Position numbers and translations under genes: made by a program. A DNA stretch of 59,305 nucleotides from assembly GCA_964600295.1 (NCBI GenBank), contig CAZRIY010000004.1, forward strand, positions 1 to 59,305, written 5' to 3'. Numbering within the stretch: the stretch's first letter is position 1; each line of letters starts with the position of its first letter. The DNA is from an uncultured Candidatus Saccharibacteria bacterium. Lineage in GTDB: Bacteria; Patescibacteriota; Saccharimonadia; CAZHVB01. This document shows, in pieces, positions 38,692 through 48,935 of this stretch. The notes beneath the pieces are model-generated. The model was not told where the DNA came from. It saw only the letters and a list, made by a program, of their open reading frames with translations, and made no database searches.

Positions 38692-39189
38692 TTAAATTTT
38701 GGATTTGGATTTTTTGCCCTTATCCTTGCGTCGATAAAAACTATCGATAATTACCATCAGAGCACCCAAAATTAACAAACCAACTTGGAATTGTAACAGC
38801 TGAAAAGCAATTATTGAGCGGCCGGTAACGGCCAGACGCCACCCCTCCGGAAGGTATTTAAGAATGCTGGCCAGTAATAATAAGGTAGTGGTAGTCGTAA
38901 ATAGTAGAGCTTTGGGTAACCCCATTTTTTTGCGATCGTTAAGATGGTTTACGCCCAAAATTAGTGTTGGTAGCAGCAAAAATAACAGCTGCAAACTATT
39001 AAGCGCGGCTGGTCGAGATAGCCAACTGGCGCGTGGAGCCAAATATTCATAAACCGGTACAGCCACAATCTCAGCTAGCACAATGCCAATAAACAAACCG
39101 AAAGTAATAAATTTTAAGTGGCTCTTGAGATGTAAGATCAGTGCGCTAACGCCGATGATAACCAGACTAATAATTAGATCAGTACTCAT
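38692..39189 (-). CDS. integral membrane protein
   Basis: About five TM helices, basic C-terminal tail. Confidence 0.7.
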   Translation of the reverse strand: MSTDLIISLVIIGVSALILHLKSHLKFITFGLFIGIVLAEIVAVPVYEYLAPRASWLSRPAALNSLQLLFLLLPTLILGVNHLNDRKKMGLPKALLFTTTTTLLLLASILKYLPEGWRLAVTGRSIIAFQLLQFQVGLLILGALMVIIDSFYRRKDKGKKSKSKI

Positions 39190-39222
39190 AGTTAAAGCAT
39201 AACCGACGGAGTTACCACTAGT

Positions 39223-39702
39223 CTAGCGAAGATGAAGGGTCGCGGTTTGACCAGTCGACCAGCCATATTCTACGGCCACCCTCGCGTTAACCTCTAGCAC
39301 ATATTTTGCGGGTTTGTCGGGTTGGACAACCTGGGGGTAACTTTCAGGCTTTAAACCGCTAACAATCGTAATAATCCGATAATTTTCGTCCAGCCAGATA
39401 ATATCCAAATCAAAACGCATCCCTTTCATCCAGATACCGTAATAGTCCGGAGTATCAAAAATAAATAGCATGCCGCGATCTTTTGGCAAACTATCGCGCT
39501 CTGATAGGCCTATTACTCTTTCTGACTCTTCATCGGCTATCTCCACGCCGATTTGGTGTTGATTAATACTAACGTTTGGTTTATCCGGAAGCTTGGTAGC
39601 GGTTGGCTTATCGTGCCCGCCCAAACTGGTAAATGCCGCTATGCCAATAGCTACCACCGCCAGAAGACCGGCTATCCATGGAGATAGCTTTTTTAGATTC
39701 AC
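39223..39702 (-). CDS. DUF192 family protein
   Basis: VEIAD, GLS.R..L, GMLFIF, WMKGMRFDLDIIWLD, YVLEVN. Confidence 0.92.
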   Translation of the reverse strand: MNLKKLSPWIAGLLAVVAIGIAAFTSLGGHDKPTATKLPDKPNVSINQHQIGVEIADEESERVIGLSERDSLPKDRGMLFIFDTPDYYGIWMKGMRFDLDIIWLDENYRIITIVSGLKPESYPQVVQPDKPAKYVLEVNARVAVEYGWSTGQTATLHLR

Positions 39703-39704
39703 TC

Positions 39705-40628
39705 CTAAGCTCCTACGATATCTTTTTTAGGCTTGCGGACGGCATTTTTTTCGGCATATTTTATTATCGATTCGGCGACGTTAATTTCGGTAGTTTTCTC
39801 AATCCCCTCTAATCCGGGCGAAGAATTTACCTCTATGATCAATGGACCCCGCTTAGAGCGAATCAAGTCCACTCCAGCAATATCTAATCCCAGACGCCTA
39901 GCGGCCCGCATAGCCAACAAACTTTCATCTTTGGTTAACTCTACTTTTTCTCCGCGTCCGCCCAAGTGAAGATTGGAGCGAAAATCTTCATCTAGCCCTT
40001 GCCGTTTCATGGCTGCGACTACCTTTCCGCCAACCACAATAGTTCTAATATCCGCACCGCCCGATTCTTCGATAAATTCTTGGATCAAAATTGGCGCGTT
40101 TATACTATAGAAAGCTTGAATTACAGATTTAGCAGCCTTGCGGGTCTCGGCAATTACCACACCGGCACCATGAGTTCCTTTGGCCAATTTGATTATCACC
40201 GGCACTCCGCCGACTTGTTCCAAAAGGTCATCAATATCGTCTGGCCGGTTAGCCACAGCTGTTTTGGGGGTTGGTACTCCGTCGCGCGCCAGCAACTGCA
40301 TACTACGAACTTTATCCCGTGAGCGTACGATGGCGATCGACCTGGATGTAGTGAAAGTCCCCCGCATTTCAAATTGCCTGACGACCGAGGATCCATAATT
40401 TGTATACTGGGCGGCAATTCTAGGAATAACTACATCAAGTCTGGGTACCCGCTCGCCTTTGTAATGAACGTCAGGTTTGCGTTCCTCTATCTCCATGTAA
40501 CAGCGAGTGTAATCCAATAACAACGGCTCATGACCCCGTTCTTTAGCCGCTTGGATTAAACGCAGGGTGGAGTAGAGACGCCGACGAGAAATTTCATCTG
40601 GCCCACGCGATAGCACTGCAATCTTCAT
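39705..40628 (-). CDS. rimK: RimK alpha-L-glutamate ligase
   Basis: MKIAVLSR, YST.RL, SRDK, GTHG.GV, QEFI, DIR, FRSNLHLGG, EVNSSPGLEGIE. Confidence 0.93.
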   Translation of the reverse strand: MKIAVLSRGPDEISRRRLYSTLRLIQAAKERGHEPLLLDYTRCYMEIEERKPDVHYKGERVPRLDVVIPRIAAQYTNYGSSVVRQFEMRGTFTTSRSIAIVRSRDKVRSMQLLARDGVPTPKTAVANRPDDIDDLLEQVGGVPVIIKLAKGTHGAGVVIAETRKAAKSVIQAFYSINAPILIQEFIEESGGADIRTIVVGGKVVAAMKRQGLDEDFRSNLHLGGRGEKVELTKDESLLAMRAARRLGLDIAGVDLIRSKRGPLIIEVNSSPGLEGIEKTTEINVAESIIKYAEKNAVRKPKKDIVGA

Positions 40629-40640
40629 GACTCTTCCTTA

Positions 40641-41063
40641 TTACCCAACATATTTGTCCACGTCAACTATGTATTTACCGCGCAAAAACCTACGTCCCAG
40701 CAATACCGGCGCACGCATGTCGGTACGATCCGACAGTGAGATTTCGATAACGTGGGTTTGACCATCCACTACCACCTCGGTTTCGATTACATAGCGATCT
40801 TCGTGAAAGCCATTGGTACTTCTAAAAGTATTCTTGGTGTAGTGATTAAATACTACTGGTTTGTGCGAAAAATCAGGATGCCTGAGATCTAAGGGCACAA
40901 AAGACAAATATTGTTTTCCGCCCTGCTCGACCAATTTGACGTCGGTGCAATGCAGCGTACCGCGGTAAGCACCAGTATCTATCTTGGCCAGCACGTTCTT
41001 TAGGCCAAGCTGGGGAAAGTCTACCACCACTTTGCGACTGATGATTTGTTTGGGATTAGTCAT
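40641..41063 (-). CDS. RimB-like retropepsin-fold protease (RimK-associated)
   Basis: AKIDTGA, SLSDRTDM..PVLLGRRFL. Confidence 0.88.
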   Translation of the reverse strand: MTNPKQIISRKVVVDFPQLGLKNVLAKIDTGAYRGTLHCTDVKLVEQGGKQYLSFVPLDLRHPDFSHKPVVFNHYTKNTFRSTNGFHEDRYVIETEVVVDGQTHVIEISLSDRTDMRAPVLLGRRFLRGKYIVDVDKYVG

Positions 41064-41976
41064 GATTACTCTCTAGCTTATTTTGCATAAACTCATGGAA
41101 AGCTTTGATTTTATCTTCTACACAAGCTCCCGTAATAATTTGTGGTACTTTGTTGACTTCCAAAATATAGTGCTTACCGGTGTTCTTGTCTATTATTACA
41201 TCAACTCCAGATAGATCCCGTTTTCGCACTTGAGAGGATTTTATAGCATCCGCCAGAGCCACTTCGGACAAATCATCATTGTTAACCAACCTAGCAGCAG
41301 CACCGGCCGAAGTGTTATTTAGATGTGAGTTGGCCGCAGCTTCACGCTTTATTACTAACCCCACTTTGTTGCCGGCTACCAATACCCGGTAATCGCCGTC
41401 ATTGGGGATATAGTTTTGCAATACAAAATCTAATTCTGGATTATCATTGAGGTACCCGGTTAGTTCAGGAATATTTTTTACTAAAAAATTACTGTTGCCC
41501 TTTTTGGCGTCAACTGCTTTCAAAATTAGGGGAAATTTAAATTCCTGGCCAGCCTTGGCAGTTTTAATAATTGCTGAATGTGGGCCCAAGAAAGTATCGG
41601 GAATTGGTATCCCAGCTGACCACATTAAGAGGTAGCCCACCAATTTGGTGAAGGCTCGGCTTGAATATACCTCGGCATCAATGAACGCCACGCCCATTTT
41701 TTTTAGATAAATTGCTGCGGCCGTAGCCCGTTCAAATTCCTTTTTCCACATTCTAAAAAATACTAGATCGTACCCTGCCAGATCCTTTTTGGTGCGCGGT
41801 TCAAACACCCTGGCTTGACCATTTACAATCTTAAATTCCAAATTATCTAGAGCGGCATAGTCGGCTTGATATCCATACTTGGGCGATTGTTTGTTAAGCG
41901 TATTAACAAATCCATCATAGTTGGGTGAATCATGCTTGGGTTGCCGGTAGCTAAATAGAACCAGAACTTTTTTCAT
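41056..41976 (-). CDS. second RimK/LysX-family ATP-grasp ligase
   Basis: GIPIPDT, FPLILK, LQNYIP..GDYRVLV, NNTSAG, GVD, LEVN. Confidence 0.85.
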   Translation of the reverse strand: MKKVLVLFSYRQPKHDSPNYDGFVNTLNKQSPKYGYQADYAALDNLEFKIVNGQARVFEPRTKKDLAGYDLVFFRMWKKEFERATAAAIYLKKMGVAFIDAEVYSSRAFTKLVGYLLMWSAGIPIPDTFLGPHSAIIKTAKAGQEFKFPLILKAVDAKKGNSNFLVKNIPELTGYLNDNPELDFVLQNYIPNDGDYRVLVAGNKVGLVIKREAAANSHLNNTSAGAAARLVNNDDLSEVALADAIKSSQVRKRDLSGVDVIIDKNTGKHYILEVNKVPQIITGACVEDKIKAFHEFMQNKLESNHD

Positions 41977-43751
41977 AAGCTATCCTCCCTGAGTTTCCTT
42001 TCGATTAATGGGCGCAAGGCTTCCCAGGGCGCCGGTGCCCAAATTGCTTTAATCAACTCTGCGCGGTTAAGCAAGCCAACCCTCCCCAGCTTATTAAGTG
42101 TACCTATGTTTATTCCACCCACTAACAGAAGCTTTTTATCTTCTCCTGTTAGAGATTGGGCCACCAGGGATTGCTCTAAATAGTGCAGGGGCTGACTATC
42201 GGCAACCATACCTGGTCCAGTAAACATTCCACCCTTGCGGAAAATTCGTCGGGTGCTGCTAAAAGCTATCTCAGCCCTTTTGGTGAGATCCTCGGTGGGT
42301 TCGGCATGGCTCGCGCTATCAAAATAGGCTTTCCAGGCCTCGAGAAAAGAACCGCCGTCTAGTCTAGTTCTAACCGCTGCGAGATAGTGGCGCTTGGCCG
42401 GGCGTTTATCACCAAATAATACCTGCTTGGCTTGCTCTTCATACCATAACCCTCCCGCCTCAAACATAACTGAAGCCCGATCAGTGCCAATTTGTTGAGC
42501 GAGTTCTAGCTCCATAAGCTGTCCTTTATTCTCGTGCTGAACCACATGTGCAAATTCATGGCAAGCCAGCACAGCCGCTCGAATCACGTTTCTCTTAAAG
42601 CTGGCGGGTACTTTAACAAAACCTTGTCGGCCGTTGACACTCATGGTGGTAACCTTCTCTGTCAATATAACCTGCCACTTACCATCCGCTGGTCTGCCCC
42701 CTCTTCGTAAGTCGACATCTGGATCTTGACTTAATAGACCATGCTCCTCGAGCAGTCCCTCCAGCCAAGATTTTATTTCATCGGCCTGTATCTTTATCCC
42801 CTCAAGTCGCCCAACATCCTCTTTACTGAAATGTCCTGCTTCTACCTCGCCTTCGGTTTGCTTCGATATTAATTCGAGAAGGTCAGGATTGACTATGGTA
42901 TAGACTCCGGTAATGGGATCGGTAACAACTCCATTGCGGAAACGATCATAGCGCTCAGCCGCTCCGCCAAAGTTAGGTTCTTGCTTAACCGGCAGAAGGG
43001 CGTTGATTTTATTAGATAATTTCTGCAAATCCGTTTGGTCACTGATTGCGGCTTGGCGAGTGAATTCCAGAGCATCCGGCAATGCGCCTGCCAATAACCA
43101 ATTAATTTTTTTCAGGTAGAGCTCGGCAATGACTACCTTCGCTTCTACCTCAAGTGTCATTGGCTGCCCTCGTAGATCTCGCCAAACAGCGCGGTAATAG
43201 GCTTTAACCTGTCTGAGACTTTGAACTTTGGCCTGCAGTTCGCCTGGATCAAAAATAATCGCCAGGGAGTCAGGTAAATCAATGCCGTCAACTGTGGCAA
43301 AATTACGCTCGGCAAATTGCTTGGCTACATAAGTGCGGGCATATCTCAGCGAGCTACCAGCTAATTTTTCAAATTCCTCCACCTTTACTTTTGACCAGTC
43401 AACTCCGGCCAGATGCTGCGCGAGTTTCGCCTCTGAAGCAAAAATAGCTTCTGGTATCTCCCTAAACACACCCCTTAGTTTTTCCTGCCCCTCGGCGCTA
43501 AGAAAATAGCGAGGGTAAAAACCAGCCTTATCGTCTGGCATTTGCCAAACCTCCTCTAATGGAGGTATCTCGGTTTGCTCTAATATTTCAGAAGCTGCCA
43601 GGTACTCGCGCCCCATAGCTTCAGAACGATAGAGCTGGTGTTCAAATGCTAAAACTTCCCGCTTTTGTTCGGGGGATAATTGGTTTTGAGACTGGTATTC
43701 AAGCTCTATGGCTCCTGGGCGCGAACCATAGAGACCAATTTGTTCTGCCAT
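41973..43751 (-). CDS. DUF1704/MATCAP-like zinc metallopeptidase
   Basis: HEFAH zinc motif, downstream FEAGG glutamate, AF..TRRIFR and YLE motifs; start placed at MAEQ 43751. Confidence 0.6.
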   Translation of the reverse strand: MAEQIGLYGSRPGAIELEYQSQNQLSPEQKREVLAFEHQLYRSEAMGREYLAASEILEQTEIPPLEEVWQMPDDKAGFYPRYFLSAEGQEKLRGVFREIPEAIFASEAKLAQHLAGVDWSKVKVEEFEKLAGSSLRYARTYVAKQFAERNFATVDGIDLPDSLAIIFDPGELQAKVQSLRQVKAYYRAVWRDLRGQPMTLEVEAKVVIAELYLKKINWLLAGALPDALEFTRQAAISDQTDLQKLSNKINALLPVKQEPNFGGAAERYDRFRNGVVTDPITGVYTIVNPDLLELISKQTEGEVEAGHFSKEDVGRLEGIKIQADEIKSWLEGLLEEHGLLSQDPDVDLRRGGRPADGKWQVILTEKVTTMSVNGRQGFVKVPASFKRNVIRAAVLACHEFAHVVQHENKGQLMELELAQQIGTDRASVMFEAGGLWYEEQAKQVLFGDKRPAKRHYLAAVRTRLDGGSFLEAWKAYFDSASHAEPTEDLTKRAEIAFSSTRRIFRKGGMFTGPGMVADSQPLHYLEQSLVAQSLTGEDKKLLLVGGINIGTLNKLGRVGLLNRAELIKAIWAPAPWEALRPLIERKLREDSL

Positions 43752-43809
43752 AATAAATCCCGGCTTAAGTTCTATACCATACAACAAAACGGGTTTTATA
43801 TCAAGAGAT

Positions 43810-44880
43810 TTAGCGATTCCAGAAGGCCTTTTTATCCCCACCCTTGGCGAACTGCTGCAATAGTTCCTTTTGCTTGGTCGTCAGTTTCTTGGGAATCATA
43901 ACCTGAAGGGTAACTAGATGATTACCGCGGCGTGAGCCGTGCGGTACACCCCTGTTACTTAGCTTAAAGGATTGGCCGGCTTGGGTCCCTGGTGGCACTT
44001 TCATCTTAACTGGTCCGTCAATAGTATCAACTTCCATCTCGGCCCCCAGTACAGCATCTACCATATCAATAGTTTGTTCGCTGGCAATATCGTAACCCCG
44101 ACGGTTGAATTTGGGGTGGGATTTAACGTTTACCACTACATAGAGATCGCCTTTGTGTCCACCGGTGACTGCTTCGCCCTGACCAGTTAGGCGAACGGTG
44201 GCTCCATCAGCGATACCGGCTGGAATCTTCAAATTTATAGTCCGGGTGGTATCAATAGTGCCAGCACCCTGGCAGCGGGCGCAGATTTTTTCTGGTACTT
44301 CACCCCTGCCGTCACAGCGAGCACAAACAGCGGTTTGCTGAATACTGCCAAGGATGGTGTTTTGGGTGCGCACCACCCGGCCGCTGCCCCCGCAAGTTTG
44401 GCAAGCTTCAAGTTTGGCCCCGGGTTCGGCGCGGGAGCCCTTGCATCGATCGCAAACATCTTTCAATTTCAGTGTTAGCTTCTGAGTAGTACCAAAAACT
44501 GCATCTTTAAAATCAATCGAAATGGCTACTTCAATATCTCGAGCTCTGGTTTCGCGCCGAGTACGAGTGGGCGCACCGCCACCAAAGAAAGTACTAAAAA
44601 TATCCCCCAAATCGAGGTCCAAATCTATCCCGGCACCGCCAAAGCCTTGGGCCCCTCCAAACTGAGCCCCGCTAAAACCGTGACCAAATTGGTCGTATTG
44701 TTGACGCTTATCCGGATTTTTTAGAACCTCGTAAGCTTCGCTGACTTCCTTAAACTTCTCGGCATCACCGCCCTTATCTGGGTGCAATTCAACGGCTTTT
44801 TTACGGTATGCACGCTTAATCTCATCAACCGAAGCAGATTTGCCCAACCCCAGAACTTCGTAATAATCCCGCTTGGCCAT
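43810..44880 (-). CDS. dnaJ: chaperone DnaJ
   Basis: J domain HPD, G/F region, four CxxCxGxG-type repeats. Confidence 0.97.
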   Translation of the reverse strand: MAKRDYYEVLGLGKSASVDEIKRAYRKKAVELHPDKGGDAEKFKEVSEAYEVLKNPDKRQQYDQFGHGFSGAQFGGAQGFGGAGIDLDLDLGDIFSTFFGGGAPTRTRRETRARDIEVAISIDFKDAVFGTTQKLTLKLKDVCDRCKGSRAEPGAKLEACQTCGGSGRVVRTQNTILGSIQQTAVCARCDGRGEVPEKICARCQGAGTIDTTRTINLKIPAGIADGATVRLTGQGEAVTGGHKGDLYVVVNVKSHPKFNRRGYDIASEQTIDMVDAVLGAEMEVDTIDGPVKMKVPPGTQAGQSFKLSNRGVPHGSRRGNHLVTLQVMIPKKLTTKQKELLQQFAKGGDKKAFWNR

Positions 44881-44889
44881 TAGTTAATC

Positions 44890-46818
44890 TTACTCTTTCT
44901 TGTCACTATCCCCGACGGTTTTATCTTCGTCGACGACCTCACCCTCCACGGGCTCGCCTCCACCTTCGCCAGAGGCTTCGGAGGGCTTCGATTCGCTTGT
45001 TTTCCCGTCGGTTTTTTGAGCTTCTTGATGGATTTTGGTGCCAATTGGCTGAACCTTATCCATTAGCTCTTTGGTGGCCTTCTCTAATTCCTCTTTGCTA
45101 TCAACTTCGATTTTGTCTTTGGCGGCTTTGGTGGCTTCCTCTACCGTTTTCTTATCCTCATCCGAAAGCTTATCTGCGTTATCCTTGATCATTTTTTCGC
45201 CGGTATAGATAGCGCTGTCAAGTTGATTGCGAGCTTCGGCCAATTCGCGCTTGCTTTTGTCCTCATCGGCGTGGGCCTCGGCCTCTTTTTGCATTTTTTC
45301 TACGTCTTCTTTGTTAAGATTGCCCGAACCTTCGATGGTAATCGATTGCTCCTTACCACTAGCCTTGTCCTTGGCGGTAACATTTAATATTCCGTTGGCG
45401 TCGATGTTAAAAGTCACTTCCACTTGAGGTACGCCGCGTGGAGCTGGTGGAATGCCATCCAAGATGAAACGGCCCAGGCTTTTGTTATCACCCGCCATCT
45501 CGCGCTCGCCCTGCAGCACGTTAATCTCTACCGACGGCTGATTATCGGCCGCAGTTGAAAAACTTTGGCTCTTGCTGGTAGGCACCGTGGTATTGCGCTC
45601 AATTAATTTGGTAGAAATACCACCCTCAGTTTCTAACCCCAAAGATAGGGGAGTAACATCCAGCAGCAATACGTCTTTAACCTCTCCGCCCAGTACACCA
45701 GCTTGGATGGCCGCTCCCACCGCCACCACTTCGTCGGGGTTAACCCCTTTTAGCGGTTCTTTGCCAAAGATTTGTTTCACCTTGGCTTGAACGGCTGGCA
45801 TCCGGGTCATCCCGCCGACTAAGATCACTTCGTCAATGTCTTTTGGCTCGAGTCCCGCGTCCTTCAGGGCTTGCCTGGAAGGACCTTCGGTTTTGTCAAT
45901 TAAATCACCCACCAGCTGTTCCAACTTGGCCCGAGTTAGCTTGTACTCAAAGTGCTTGGGACCAGAAGCATCGGCGGTAACAAAGGGTAGGTTGATTTCA
46001 GTGGTGCTAGTACCCGAAAGCTCAATTTTGGCTTTCTCGGCGGCTTCTTTTAACCTTTGCACAGCGGCCTTGTCGCCAGACAGGTCCAGACCTTGGTCTT
46101 TCTTAAATTCCTCTAGCAGATGGTTAACAATGGCGTTGTCAAAATCCTCTCCACCCAGGTGGGTATCACCATGCGTACTCTTAACTTCGAATACTCCCTC
46201 GCCGAGTTCTAAAATTGAAACGTCAAACGTACCGCCACCCAGATCGTAAACCGCAATTTTTTCTTCCTTCTTCTTATCCAAACCATAGGCCAAAGCGGCA
46301 GCGGTGGGTTCATTAATGATACGTTTGACCTCTAATCCAGCAATCTTGCCGGCATCTTTGGTGGCTTGGCGTTGGGAATCGTCAAAATAGGCCGGCACGG
46401 TAATTACCGCCTCCGTTACCTTATCGTTGAGGTATTTCTCGGCATCGGCTTTAAGCTTGCCCAAAATCATGGCCGAAACCTCTTCTGGGCTATGCTCTTT
46501 ATCGCCCATTTTGACCTTAACTCCACCGTCGGATTTGACGATTTCATACGGCATCAATTTGACGTCTTTTTGAATTTCTTCATCCTCAAAATGGCGCCCA
46601 ATCAAGCGCTTGACCCCAAAAATTGTATTGGTTGCGTTTACCACTGACTGACGCTTGGCCGTTTGCCCCACCAGCCGTTCACCGTTTTTATTGACGGCTA
46701 CTACCGATGGAGTTGTTCGGCCGCCCTCGCTGTTGGGAATAATCGTTGGCTGGCCGCCTTCCATGGCAGCCATTGCCGAGTTGGTAGTTCCCAAATCAAT
46801 TCCTAAAATTTTAGCCAT
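44890..46818 (-). CDS. dnaK: chaperone DnaK
   Basis: [23 protein letters not shown]. Confidence 0.99.
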   Translation of the reverse strand: MAKILGIDLGTTNSAMAAMEGGQPTIIPNSEGGRTTPSVVAVNKNGERLVGQTAKRQSVVNATNTIFGVKRLIGRHFEDEEIQKDVKLMPYEIVKSDGGVKVKMGDKEHSPEEVSAMILGKLKADAEKYLNDKVTEAVITVPAYFDDSQRQATKDAGKIAGLEVKRIINEPTAAALAYGLDKKKEEKIAVYDLGGGTFDVSILELGEGVFEVKSTHGDTHLGGEDFDNAIVNHLLEEFKKDQGLDLSGDKAAVQRLKEAAEKAKIELSGTSTTEINLPFVTADASGPKHFEYKLTRAKLEQLVGDLIDKTEGPSRQALKDAGLEPKDIDEVILVGGMTRMPAVQAKVKQIFGKEPLKGVNPDEVVAVGAAIQAGVLGGEVKDVLLLDVTPLSLGLETEGGISTKLIERNTTVPTSKSQSFSTAADNQPSVEINVLQGEREMAGDNKSLGRFILDGIPPAPRGVPQVEVTFNIDANGILNVTAKDKASGKEQSITIEGSGNLNKEDVEKMQKEAEAHADEDKSKRELAEARNQLDSAIYTGEKMIKDNADKLSDEDKKTVEEATKAAKDKIEVDSKEELEKATKELMDKVQPIGTKIHQEAQKTDGKTSESKPSEASGEGGGEPVEGEVVDEDKTVGDSDKKE

Positions 46819-47299
46819 TCTTCCCCTCCTTTTTGACTTTAACTAAGCTTGGTCTTAAAACCTGGTTCCCCATCTTATAGCCAGTTTGAATTTCTTCGCC
46901 AACAACTTCTGTATTTCCCCGCCCATCTTCAAACCCTACGGCTTCATGCAGTTGGGGGTCAAATTTCTGTCCCCGAGCAGCAATTTTTTCCACGCCCAGC
47001 TCTGCAAGTACTTTCTCCGTCTGTTTTAATGTCTGGACTACGCCAGTCGCCCAGGAGTTAGCCCCTAACTCTTTGGGTAAGTGGTTAGCGGCGCGCTCCA
47101 GATTGTCGATTAGGGGCAGCAATTTAGCAATTACAGCCTGCTTGGCAATACTCATGATTTGGCTTTGTTCCTCTTCACTGCGCCGGCGGTAATTGACAAA
47201 ATCGGCATGCACCCGCTGCAAATCAGCGGTGAGTTCCTCAATCTTCGAGTCTAAATTGGATTGTTTCACTGATTGGTTACTAGTTACTTTTTTAGGCAT
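46811..47299 (-). CDS. grpE: nucleotide exchange factor GrpE
   Basis: [20 protein letters not shown]....VLRPSLVKV. Confidence 0.96.
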   Translation of the reverse strand: MPKKVTSNQSVKQSNLDSKIEELTADLQRVHADFVNYRRRSEEEQSQIMSIAKQAVIAKLLPLIDNLERAANHLPKELGANSWATGVVQTLKQTEKVLAELGVEKIAARGQKFDPQLHEAVGFEDGRGNTEVVGEEIQTGYKMGNQVLRPSLVKVKKEGKNG

Positions 47300-48008
47300 T
47301 TAGTACCTCCTCTAGAGTGTTCCCCACGCTCTCTACCAGATTCATTACCTGTGGATAACTTTGCCGGGTGGGGCCAATCACGCCAACGTAGCTTTCATCG
47401 CTGAGGGGAGAAACAAAGCGCGAAATGATTAAAGATAGGCCACTGGTTTTACCAATTGGATTCTCCTGACCGATGTAAACATTTACCCGCTCGTGGGGTT
47501 CCAATTCTCGCAACCACGGCTCCAAATTATCCAACAGCCGGGCTACCTCATAAACTTTTTGGCTCTGACTAAACTCAGGCTGGGCAAATAGCTGCGATAA
47601 ACCGCTCATATAGAGCAGCGGACCCATCATGCCAATTCCCAGGTTATGGGTTACCTCTACCAACGAGTCAACGGCCGACTTGATGGTCTGATCTGGTCCC
47701 CCAGCCGTACTTATACGTTGTTCCAGGGCTCTTTCAATCCGATCTTCGTCACGTTTACGGCGAGCCGCTTCGGCTTTGGCCTGCAGGCGATCAACATAGT
47801 AGCGATATCCCTTATCGGTGGGGATACGCCCAGCGCTAGTGTGGGGGTGCGTGATATAGCCCAACCGCTCTAATTGAGCCATTTCCGCCCTAATCGTGGC
47901 CGAAGAATAGCCAAATTTTCGGCTCAATACCAGCGAACCCACCGGATTGGCGGTTTGAATGTAATACTCAACAATAGCGTATAAAAGTTTATCTTGTCGG
48001 GGTGTCAT
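47292..48008 (-). CDS. hrcA: heat-inducible repressor HrcA (short form)
   Basis: RQ..LL.AIVE.YI...PVGS, SSATIR, HPHTSAGRIPTDKGYR, IGPTR. Confidence 0.93.
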   Translation of the reverse strand: MTPRQDKLLYAIVEYYIQTANPVGSLVLSRKFGYSSATIRAEMAQLERLGYITHPHTSAGRIPTDKGYRYYVDRLQAKAEAARRKRDEDRIERALEQRISTAGGPDQTIKSAVDSLVEVTHNLGIGMMGPLLYMSGLSQLFAQPEFSQSQKVYEVARLLDNLEPWLRELEPHERVNVYIGQENPIGKTSGLSLIISRFVSPLSDESYVGVIGPTRQSYPQVMNLVESVGNTLEEVLNA

Positions 48009-48054
48009 AGCACTCGCTTAACTCAGTTACAAAGTTCTAGTTTATGATAAGATC

Positions 48055-48081
48055 TTAGCACTCACCAGTCAAGAGTGCCAA
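48055..48081. promoter_or_regulatory. CIRCE operator
   Basis: TTAGCACTC-N9-GAGTGCCAA upstream of hrcA; extra half-site TAGCACTC at 48008-48015. Confidence 0.92.
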
Positions 48082-48638
48082 CCGGCAAAAATAATCTTTT
48101 CGACATCAGTAATGGCTTTCTCGAGTACATCGTTGACTATTACGTGATCAAATTCGGCTTGACCTATGGCAATTTCTTCATGGGCATCCGCCAGCCTTAA
48201 CTGAATTGACTCTTCATTGTCCCCATGGCGTTTACGAATTCGGCGTTCCAGCTCTGCCGTACTTGGTGCATTAACAAATATCAGAACAGCTGCTGGTAAT
48301 TTTTGTTTTACGGTGAGTGCACCCCTAACATCAATTACCAAAACAATATTTTTACCGGTAGCCAACTCATTTTTTATTTCTGAACGCAGGGTAGCGTAAT
48401 AATGATCATGTATCTGAAAATATTCTAGAAACTCCCCAGCCGCCAGTTTTTGTGCGAACACTTCTGCTGTAAAGAAAAAATAGTCCTGGCCTTCCACTTC
48501 ACCTGGCCGCGGTTGGCGAGTAGTAGCCGAAACGGTTTTGATTATTTGGTTTGGATATCTTTCTAATAATGCATCCACCAGAGTATCTTTGCCGGCACCA
48601 CTCGGACCAGAAATTACAAATATCCGCCCCCGTTTCAT
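48069..48638 (-). CDS. gmk: guanylate kinase
   Basis: GPSGAGKDT, TTRQPRPGEVEGQDYFF. Confidence 0.96.
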   Translation of the reverse strand: MKRGRIFVISGPSGAGKDTLVDALLERYPNQIIKTVSATTRQPRPGEVEGQDYFFFTAEVFAQKLAAGEFLEYFQIHDHYYATLRSEIKNELATGKNIVLVIDVRGALTVKQKLPAAVLIFVNAPSTAELERRIRKRHGDNEESIQLRLADAHEEIAIGQAEFDHVIVNDVLEKAITDVEKIIFAGWHS

Positions 48639-48671
48639 AAACCTAACTATAGCAAACGCTTTAGCTCCTGG

Positions 48672-48693
48672 ACCTGCCTGCCGGCAGGCAGGT
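48672..48693. repeat. 22-bp perfect GC-rich palindrome (candidate miniature mobile repeat)
   Basis: ACCTGCCTGCCGGCAGGCAGGT; a 17/20 copy lies at 38403-38422. Confidence 0.85.
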
Positions 48694-48712
48694 TAATTCG
48701 GTAGCTGTGATT

Positions 48713-48934
48713 CTATAGTTCTTCTTCAGCCCGTAATATGCCGCGTCTGACTAAATCTGCTTCGGGATCAGCTACCCCATTGTTGACCAACTTACCGTAA
48801 ATGTAGCTCAGTGCTTCGTCAAATTCACAATCCTTAATAAAGACGCGGTCACCTTCATCCAGCACATCGGCACATGCCATAATCACTTCTTCAACAGTTA
48901 CTTCATGTTCGTGGGGTGGAAGCAATTCAGACAT
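48713..48934 (-). CDS. small acidic hypothetical protein
   Basis: 73 aa, ATG immediately after the lepA stop. Confidence 0.6.
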   Translation of the reverse strand: MSELLPPHEHEVTVEEVIMACADVLDEGDRVFIKDCEFDEALSYIYGKLVNNGVADPEADLVRRGILRAEEEL

Positions 48935-48935
48935 C

